Part shown: in pieces, positions 8,912 to 14,074 of the stretch
Layout of the letters: every line of letters starts with the position of its first letter
Numbering within the stretch: position 1 is the first letter of the stretch
Assembly (NCBI GenBank): GCA_036508075.1
Contig: DATCIA010000105.1
Span: forward strand, 9,994 to 33,993
Direction: 5' to 3'
Origin: Coriobacteriia bacterium
GTDB lineage: Bacteria; Actinomycetota; Coriobacteriia; Anaerosomatales; PALSA-660
Length of the DNA: 24,000 nucleotides
The notes under the pieces: generated by a model
The model's database searches: none
Told to the model about the DNA's origin: nothing
Seen by the model: the letters and a program-made list of their open reading frames with translations, nothing else
Made by a program: the position numbers and the translations under genes

Positions 8912-8935
8912 CAATATGACACATCCGTCATATTG
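8912..8935 (-). promoter_or_regulatory. Perfect 9-bp inverted repeat (CAATATGAC-N6-GTCATATTG) overlapping a -10-like box: candidate AbiEi operator/promoter
   Basis: Read directly from the sequence. It is an AT-rich island in GC-rich DNA, ending 6 nt upstream of the abiEi ATG. On the coding strand, TGTCATATT resembles an extended -10. Confidence 0.5.
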
Positions 8936-8981
8936 CCGCTATGCATCTCGCACTCAGCGGCCACCATGGTGACGCGAGGCG

Positions 8982-9443
8982 CTACCGCGACCGTGGGCGA
9001 TACGGGCCGCGGGACTCGCGAGCCACCGAGCCCATGGGCTCGGTGACGAACTCCGGATGCGCGAACAGAAGTCGCATGAAGTTGTCCGCTATGCGGGTCT
9101 GCAGTTCCTGGCCGCGCTCCCAGCGGCCCACCGTCCCGGCCGAAACCCCGAGCTGGCCCTCCAGAACCGTCTGGGTGATCCCGACGGCGAGTCGCATCTC
9201 CCGGATGCCCGAGGACGACAGCCGGCCGAGCCCGGCGCGCGCGGCCTCCACGCCGGCCTGCTGGATCGCGTCCATCTGTGCCGCGTCGATGAAGCCCTCA
9301 CCGCACGCGTCGCAGCGCTCGTACTCGAAGCCCTCGACGGCGAACGTGCCTTCCCGGAACTCCCTTTGGAGTGGCGCCGAACTCAACCGGACAGCACGTG
9401 CGCCGCAAACGTCGCATAGCGACGGGTAGTGCCGGCTGACCAT
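8982..9443 (-). CDS. mqsA: MqsA-family antitoxin (N-terminal Zn-ribbon + C-terminal XRE HTH)
   Basis: CDVCG...CDACGEGF zinc-ribbon pairs, followed by IREMRLAVGITQTVLEGQLGVSAGTVGRWERG (XRE HTH). ATG 9443 has GGAGG 8 nt upstream. It lies directly downstream of mqsR. Confidence 0.85.
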   Translation of the reverse strand: MVSRHYPSLCDVCGARAVRLSSAPLQREFREGTFAVEGFEYERCDACGEGFIDAAQMDAIQQAGVEAARAGLGRLSSSGIREMRLAVGITQTVLEGQLGVSAGTVGRWERGQELQTRIADNFMRLLFAHPEFVTEPMGSVARESRGPYRPRSR

Positions 9444-9459
9444 CTCAACCACCTCCACG

Positions 9460-9792
9460 TCAGTGCTCCTCGCCGTCGCCGCAGAACGACAGCACGCGAT
9501 ACCGAATCCCGTCGTCTTGCAGCGTGAACTTCACGTACAGCCGCTCTCCACCGAACACCGGCTTGTAGATGTCGAGCCACGCCCCGGGCCGCGTCAGATG
9601 CCGCTGCGACTTGTGGAAGTCCGCCCGCGACAGCGATGCCACACACGACTCGATGGTGCTCCTGCTCCAGCTCCGGCGATCCAGGTGCGTCGACACGCGC
9701 GCGGTGACCTGGAAGCGGCCATCCGAGAACGCGCGCCACACGCCGGCGAGATCGTACGCCGGTCGGTTCGACTCCTCGGGTCCGTCGCGCAC
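9460..9792 (-). CDS. mqsR: MqsR-family toxin (RelE-fold mRNA interferase)
   Basis: LSRADFHKSQ...WLDIYKPVFGGERLYVKFTLQDDGIRYRVLSF parallels E. coli MqsR LSESDFYKSM...WQDVYRP...VYLKITV...LIVSFKEK (recalled from memory). GTG 9792 has GGAGGGG 8 nt upstream. Toxin-first gene order, as in mqsRA. Confidence 0.85.
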   Translation of the reverse strand: MRDGPEESNRPAYDLAGVWRAFSDGRFQVTARVSTHLDRRSWSRSTIESCVASLSRADFHKSQRHLTRPGAWLDIYKPVFGGERLYVKFTLQDDGIRYRVLSFCGDGEEH

Positions 9793-9837
9793 GAGTCACC
9801 CCTCCAGAGAGGACGTGCGAGAGGGGCTCGCGTTTAG

Positions 9838-9846
9838 AATATAGCA
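9838..9846 (-). promoter_or_regulatory. Extended -10-like element TGCTATATT upstream of mqsR
   Basis: The only AT-rich patch in the mqsR upstream region, about 45 nt before the GTG start. No convincing -35. Confidence 0.35.
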
Positions 9847-9896
9847 CCGTGCGCTGTTTCATGCAGACCGACATGCGAGGAACCGACCGAGCCTCC

Positions 9897-10313
9897 CTAC
9901 CGCCCCCAGCCGCGCTGCTCGATCACGGCCAAGACGGCATCGCGCTCGAGCATCCACGCATCGGCGGGCCGCTCCAGGAATCTCTCGACATCCGGCAACA
10001 CGTCGTCCCACGGTGCCGACTCGAGCCGTCGGACCAGGGCACGCTTCCACGCCCCCGGCTACGACGCGAGGCCCGTCATCCCCGCTTGCCGCAGGGCACC
10101 CGCCAGCAGGACCTCGTTGGGCTCCGGCCAGCCCGGGTCGCTCAGGTACCACACGAGGTCGTAGATGTCGCGGCCTTTGAGCCATTCCCGACACAGCACC
10201 GCGGCCGTCTTGCCCGCGATCAGCGACGGCTTGTCGTGATGCGCCAGGCGCAGCGTCACGAAACGGCGCACGGTGGTCACCTCGAGGCCGGCCCCCGCCG
10301 GAGGCCGCGTGGA
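9897..10313 (-). pseudogene. AbiEii-family toxin remnant (C-terminal half only, in-frame TAG at 10059-10061)
   Basis: The translation STRPPAGAGLEVTTVRRFVTLRLAHHDKPSLIAGKTAAVLCREWLKGRDIYDLVWYLSDPGWPEPN...LAS*PGAWKRALVRRLESAPWDDVLPDVERFLERPADAWML aligns residue-by-residue with the C-terminal half of the intact AbiEii at 7417-8235 (DTRPPAGAVLEV...HHDLPSLFAGKLAAVMTRRYTKGRDLYDLWWYLQDPRRPEPN...VNRFLERPDEADLL). The N-terminal NTase half and the cognate abiEi are absent. Confidence 0.75.
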
Positions 10314-10498
10314 TGGACCCGCTGCTGCGAGAGACCCAGAACGTCCCCCGCGCCCCGGACGCTCAGCGAGAGCTCCCCGACCAAGGTCTCGATGGCTCTG
10401 TCCGTTGCGGAATGGGCGGCCCTCTGATCCCGCTCCAGCAGGGCCCGACCCTTGCGCTCGACCGCTCTTGCCAGGCGCCGACCGCTCACCGACCTCAA
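10277..10498 (-). CDS. Uncertain 73-codon ORF coupled to hicB (divergent HicA-like or chimeric remnant)
   Basis: TTG start in a TTGA overlap with the hicB stop. The N-terminus SGRRLARAVERKGRALLERDQRAAH loosely resembles the HicA pattern (sgrelikaLek.Gw.lvrqkGSHh) but lacks GSH. The middle, ELSLSVRGAGDVLGLSQQRV, looks like an HTH. The 3' end overlaps the AbiEii remnant out of frame. Confidence 0.25.
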   Translation of the reverse strand: MRSVSGRRLARAVERKGRALLERDQRAAHSATDRAIETLVGELSLSVRGAGDVLGLSQQRVHPRGLRRGPASR

Positions 10499-10737
10499 AT
10501 CGCGACGTCGACGACCTTGTCATGCTCGCCGACCGAGAGGCTCTCGACATCGACCGACAGGCACCCCGCGATGGCCTCGCGGAGGTTGTCGAGAAGTTCC
10601 TCCATCGTCTCGCCCTGACTCGCGCAACCGGGGAGGCTGGGAACCTCGCCCCAGTACCCGCCCTCGTCCGCAACGTGAACAATGGCCTTGAGCTGCACGG
10701 GGCCCACCTCCGGCGACGTCGAACCGAACGCATGCAT
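10495..10737 (-). CDS. hicB: HicB-family antitoxin (small UPF0150-type, 80 aa)
   Basis: GGYWGEVPSLPGCASQGETMEELLDNLREAIAGCL is the classic HicB/UPF0150 motif. ATG 10737 has GGAGGGG 7 nt upstream. The 52-codon N-terminal extension in the track ORF is low-complexity. Confidence 0.8.
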   Translation of the reverse strand: MHAFGSTSPEVGPVQLKAIVHVADEGGYWGEVPSLPGCASQGETMEELLDNLREAIAGCLSVDVESLSVGEHDKVVDVAI

Positions 10738-10909
10738 TGTATCCCCTCCTCTCGGGTCGTCAGGGACAATCGTGCGCGCTGCAACCAACCCGGACCTGAC
10801 CGCACCCCGAATCGGTTTCACCGCCGCTACCGGGCGCGATCGCCGTGACGCCGAAACGCTCGGAGCCGGCGAAGTCCCGGACGAGTCACACACGAGGTGC
10901 GTGGGGCGT

Positions 10910-11899
10910 CTACGCCGGCGTCCCGTACCCCTCGGGGTGCGCGCTGTGCCACAGCCAGGCGTCGCCGACGATGGCGCGCAGGTCGCCGAGTTCCGGCTCC
11001 CATCCGAGCTCCGCCGCCGCGCGGGCGTTGGAAGCGATCAACATCGCGGGGTCGCCCGCGCGCCGCGGACCGATCACGACCTCCACCTCGCGGCCCGTGA
11101 CCTCCGCACACGTGTTCACGAGCTCGAGGTTCGAGAACCCGCGCCCGCTTCCCAGGTTCCACACTCCCCCGCGGCCGCCCCCGCCCAGGCGCTCGAGCGC
11201 CATGCGGTGTGCGCGGGCGAGGTCCCACACGTGGATGTAGTCGCGTACGCAGGTGCCGTCAGGCGTGGGATAGTCGCCTCCGAAGACCTCGAAGGTCGAC
11301 TTGCCGGATGCCATCGCGCGCAACACACGCGGCACGATATGCGTCTCGGGGTGGTGTGCCTCGCCGAGCAGGCCGCCCGGCCATGCGCCGGCCACGTTGA
11401 AGTAGCGCAGACGCACCGAGCGCAGCCGGCGCACCTCACCGAACTCCTCGAGCGCCTCCTCGAAGGCCAGTTTGCTCGCGCCATAGGCGTTGACCGGGAC
11501 GGTCGGTGCGTCCTCCTCGATCGGAACGCGCTTCGGCTCGCCGTACACCGCGGCGGTGGATGAGAACACGATCGATCTGACGTCGTTGTCCGCCATCGCA
11601 CGCAGCAGCTCGAGGGGCTTGGTGACGTTCGCCTCGAAGTAGCGGGCGGGGTCGGCCTGCGACTCGGCGACCTCGATCAGCCCCGCGAGGTGCATCACGG
11701 CATCGCATCCGGGAAGCGCCTCATCGAGCGCCGCGCGATCGCCGACGTCGGCGACCACCAGCGTCGCGCGCGGGTCGACCGCCTCGCGGTGGCCCTTCTC
11801 CAGGGAATCGAGGACGGTGACCTCGTGACCCGCGTCCAGCAGAAGCCGCGTCGTCACCGAACCGATGTAGCCGGCGCCGCCGGTCACCAGGATGCGCAT
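10910..11899 (-). CDS. galE: UDP-glucose 4-epimerase
   Basis: MRILVTGGAGYIGS Rossmann motif, the YGASK catalytic motif, and FNVAG...DGTCVRDYIHVWDLA, typical of GalE. Start at ATG 11899. Confidence 0.9.
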   Translation of the reverse strand: MRILVTGGAGYIGSVTTRLLLDAGHEVTVLDSLEKGHREAVDPRATLVVADVGDRAALDEALPGCDAVMHLAGLIEVAESQADPARYFEANVTKPLELLRAMADNDVRSIVFSSTAAVYGEPKRVPIEEDAPTVPVNAYGASKLAFEEALEEFGEVRRLRSVRLRYFNVAGAWPGGLLGEAHHPETHIVPRVLRAMASGKSTFEVFGGDYPTPDGTCVRDYIHVWDLARAHRMALERLGGGGRGGVWNLGSGRGFSNLELVNTCAEVTGREVEVVIGPRRAGDPAMLIASNARAAAELGWEPELGDLRAIVGDAWLWHSAHPEGYGTPA

Positions 11900-12104
11900 C
11901 GCACCTACTCCCCCAACCGCCCGCACTCGCGCGGCCCGTCTCGGACCGCCAGCGTCTCAAGAGTAGCGCACGCACCTACGCCGTGGCCCGCTCGGCGTCG
12001 GCGATTCGTATACGATGGGTCCGGGTCGGGGGACCCGCGCGTGGCGGCCCGGGATCGCCGGGAGGCCGGGGAATCATGGTTCCTCTCACCGCAAGGACCG
12101 CGAC

Positions 12105-13103
12105 GTGACCACCAAAAAGATCAACATGCTGCGCAACTTCGTGACCGGCAACACCCGGTTCGCGGAGTTCGCCGTCACCAACGCCTGTGTCGCGCGATGC
12201 TCGTTCTGCGACATCTGGAAGCAACGGCCCAAGGTGTTCACCGACGCGGAGCAGTCGCTTCAGGTGATCGACAACCTCGCCGACATGGGCGTGTCCCACA
12301 TCACCCTCACCGGCGGGGAACCGCTCCTCCATCCCCACATCGTGGACTTCGTGCGGAAGTGCACGTCGCGCGGCGTCCACAGCGCGGTGCTCGACGCGGC
12401 GCCCTCACTCATCACCAAGGAGAAGCTGCGATTGCTCGATGAGGCCGGTTGCGACCTGATCTCGATCTCGTTCGATTCGGACGACCCCGCCGTGCTCGAG
12501 GCGTCGAGGCGCATCCCCGGCATCATGCGCGACATGGAGGTCGCGGTCGGGAGGATCCGCGACACCCGCATCAAGTCGATGGCCTCGATCCTCATCTGGA
12601 ACAACAATCACGACCAGATGGAGAAGCTGTTCGCGAAGGCGACCGACATGGGCTATGACCTCATCTCGATCAACTACCCGACCTTCTCCGAGTCCGTCGT
12701 GTACCCGCTGGGAGGCGAGGGCATCAGCCTGTCGCGCGACCTCGTGGTCGAGTCGCTCGAGAGCGTGATCGAGCTCAAGAGATCGTCGAAGTACAGGATC
12801 ATGAACTCGATCACCTCGATGGAGAACATCATCAGCTACCTTCGCGACCCCTCGACCGTCCGCTACGAGTGCTACGGCGGCTATAGGGTCATGTTCGTCG
12901 ACTGGTTCTTCGACGTCAGGCCGTGCATGCAACTCCCGAACGTCCTGGGCAACATGCTCACCATGACGAAGGCGGACCTCGAGAAGGTCCCGTGCAACGC
13001 CTGCAACATGAGTTGGTACCGCGACTTCAGCGCCTTCTTTTGCGGCACCCGATCGCTTCCGGCCTACCGGGAGGCGCTCCGGTCGAGCCGCGACGTCCTC
13101 TAG
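12105..13103 (+). CDS. radical SAM enzyme with C-terminal SPASM/twitch-like Cys array (subfamily unknown)
   Basis: CVARCSFC (CX3CX2C), TLTGGEPLL, ISISFDS. C-terminal array ECYGG-x-C(C-x17-C)...LGNM...CNAC-x12-C. I prefer GTG 12105 (AAGGA 7 nt upstream); ATG 12126 is the alternative. The ATG 12015 extension is GC-rich and low-complexity. It is the only plus-strand gene. Confidence 0.87.
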   Translation: MTTKKINMLRNFVTGNTRFAEFAVTNACVARCSFCDIWKQRPKVFTDAEQSLQVIDNLADMGVSHITLTGGEPLLHPHIVDFVRKCTSRGVHSAVLDAAPSLITKEKLRLLDEAGCDLISISFDSDDPAVLEASRRIPGIMRDMEVAVGRIRDTRIKSMASILIWNNNHDQMEKLFAKATDMGYDLISINYPTFSESVVYPLGGEGISLSRDLVVESLESVIELKRSSKYRIMNSITSMENIISYLRDPSTVRYECYGGYRVMFVDWFFDVRPCMQLPNVLGNMLTMTKADLEKVPCNACNMSWYRDFSAFFCGTRSLPAYREALRSSRDVL

Positions 13104-13132
13104 CCGAATCCGCGGCGCGTCTCCCGCACGCA

Positions 13133-13166
13133 AAGACGCCCCCCGGGTATCGGCGGGAGGCGTCTT
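13133..13166. terminator. Bidirectional hairpin terminator between the convergent rSAM gene and tRNA-Thr
   Basis: AAGACGCC-c-CCCG-(8-nt loop)-CGGG-a-GGCGTCTT: 12 bp with one mismatch. It lies 30 nt after the rSAM stop and 11 nt after the tRNA 3' end. T-containing flanks on both strands. Confidence 0.55.
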
Positions 13167-13176
13167 CTGGTGCTTC

Positions 13177-13253
13177 TGGAGCCGACGCGGGGATTCGAAC
13201 CCCGGACCCCCGCATTACGAGTGCGGTGCTCTGGCCAGCTGAGCTACGTCGGC
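13177..13253 (-). tRNA. tRNA-Thr (anticodon CGU), CCA encoded
   Basis: Folded by hand: GCCGACG/TA/GCTC-AGCTGGCCA-GAGC/A/CCGCA-CTCGTAA-TGCGG/GGGTC/CGGGG-TTCGAAT-CCCCG/CGTCGGC/T/CCA. All four stems are perfect. The anticodon loop CU-CGU-AA gives Thr. Confidence 0.93.
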
Positions 13254-13265
13254 ACGCAAGGAAGC

Positions 13266-13295
13266 AGTATACCGATGGGGTCGCCGCCGTCACAA
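13266..13295 (-). promoter_or_regulatory. Candidate sigma70/HrdB-type promoter of tRNA-Thr (TTGTGA-18 nt-TATACT)
   Basis: The hexamers were read on the minus strand. The -10 ends 12 nt upstream of the mature tRNA 5' end. Confidence 0.5.
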
Positions 13296-13297
13296 GC

Positions 13298-13486
13298 CCT
13301 CGTGTGGAACACGCCATCACGCACCGTTCAGCGCCCAGCCTCCTCGGCCCTCTCGAGCGCCAACGAGCCGATCGGCGCGGTCGCGTACTGTGAACGGTCG
13401 GTGCCAGCCACGACCAAAGCGACGACGTCGCCGGCGTCGCGCAGGTCGCGGAGACCGTCGGTCAACTGCCGGTCCTCACAGCTCAC
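13298..13486 (-). pseudogene. Decayed HepT/DUF86 (HEPN) toxin remnant
   Basis: GTG 13486 forms a GTGA overlap with the NTase stop. The 52 codons MSCEDRQLTDGLRDLRDAGDVVALVVAGTDRSQYATAPIGSLALERAEEAGR* follow the DUF86 N-terminal pattern up to the IIGEA position, then hit TGA at 13328. In the same frame, 3 codons later, comes RDGVFH (an Rx4H-like motif), but about 25 residues too close. This suggests an internal deletion plus a nonsense codon. It was below the ORF-track length cutoff. Confidence 0.4.
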
Positions 13487-13983
13487 AGCGGTACCGACTC
13501 TCTCAGAACGTTGCCCCGCAGACGGGGCTTCACGATGGCGGCGTTGAGAAGGTCCACCCGCCGTCCGAAGGCGACTGACAGGTCCTCGATCGCGTCTGCG
13601 ACAAGCTCGAACGTGTAGCCCTCGGGGAAGTCGGCCACAAGGTCCAGATCACTTGCCGGTGTGTCGTCTCCTCGCGCCACCGAACCGAACACGCGCACGT
13701 TCTGCAGACCGTAGCCTGCAGCGATCCTCGCGAGAGTCTCGCGGTGCCGCGCAAGGAGCGCCGAGGGGCGCTCCGGCGCAAGCGCGACGGCGGGTTCGCG
13801 GCCGAGCGCGGCCGCCGCACGGGAGAGCGTGGCGACGGTAACGGACTCGTCGGCGGGGTCCAGCACACGCCCGACAGTGGAGCGGTCGGAATGCATGCGA
13901 CGCGCAAGCTCTGCGCGGCTCACGCCGTCACGCTGCATCACCGCGGTGAGTTCGGCGGCATAGGCCGCCTTGGTCGCGCTCAT
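13483..13983 (-). CDS. XRE-type HTH fused to MNT/MntA-like nucleotidyltransferase (166 aa)
   Basis: The N-terminus LTAVMQRDGVSRAELARRMHSDRSTVGRVLDP...TVATLSRAAAALG is an XRE HTH. The C-terminus VRVFGSVARGDDTPASDLDLVADF...GRRVDLL is the minimal NTase (GS-x9-DxD) of MntA-type antitoxins. ATG 13983 has AAGGGA upstream. The upstream 110 codons of the track ORF overlap the PSP1 gene tail and are not coding. Confidence 0.82.
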   Translation of the reverse strand: MSATKAAYAAELTAVMQRDGVSRAELARRMHSDRSTVGRVLDPADESVTVATLSRAAAALGREPAVALAPERPSALLARHRETLARIAAGYGLQNVRVFGSVARGDDTPASDLDLVADFPEGYTFELVADAIEDLSVAFGRRVDLLNAAIVKPRLRGNVLRESVPL

Positions 13984-14005
13984 CGGGCTGTTCCCTTCGG
14001 GCCAA

Positions 14006-14027
14006 GGTGTCTTATATATCATACACC
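14006..14027 (-). promoter_or_regulatory. AT-rich palindromic element GGTGT-cttatatatcat-ACACC upstream of the HTH-MNT gene (candidate promoter/operator)
   Basis: Read directly. It is a 12-bp AT-rich core flanked by 5-bp inverted arms, 23-44 nt upstream of ATG 13983. It contains several -10-like hexamers (TATGAT, GATATA, TATAAG on the coding strand). Confidence 0.4.
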
Positions 14028-14074
14028 CTCGGCACGACGCCGGGCGGGCGTTCTCCCCGACCGAGCGGACGCCG

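Noticed and set aside
10059-10061. In-frame TAG in the AbiEii remnant as programmed read-through or recoding
   Set aside because: The gene is also missing its entire catalytic N-terminal half, so simple pseudogenisation is the parsimonious reading.
11990-12014. Possible att-like repeat of the tRNA-Thr 3' end (shared GATTCG core) that would delimit a 1.2-kb islet holding the rSAM gene
   Set aside because: A hand alignment gives only about 13-14 of 25-26 matches outside the 6-nt core, which is consistent with chance. No integrase is present.
12015-12104. ATG 12015 as the rSAM start (30 extra residues MGPGRGTRAWRPGIAGRPGNHGSSHRKDRD)
   Set aside because: The extension is G/R/P-rich and very GC-rich, unlike the rest of the gene. 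It also precedes the region where rSAM N-termini normally begin. GTG 12105 has an SD. I cannot fully exclude it.
12105-13103. rSAM as a prokaryotic viperin-like defence enzyme
   Set aside because: The N-terminal cluster region is generically similar. However, the C-terminal half carries a Cys-rich SPASM/twitch-like array, which I do not recall in viperins, and there is no adjacent nucleotide kinase.
7332-13300. Whole 7.3-13.3 kb interval as a tRNA-integrated genomic island
   Set aside because: There is no integrase, excisionase or transposase and no flanking direct repeats that I could find. galE interrupts the accessory genes. The interval is more likely piecemeal accretion.
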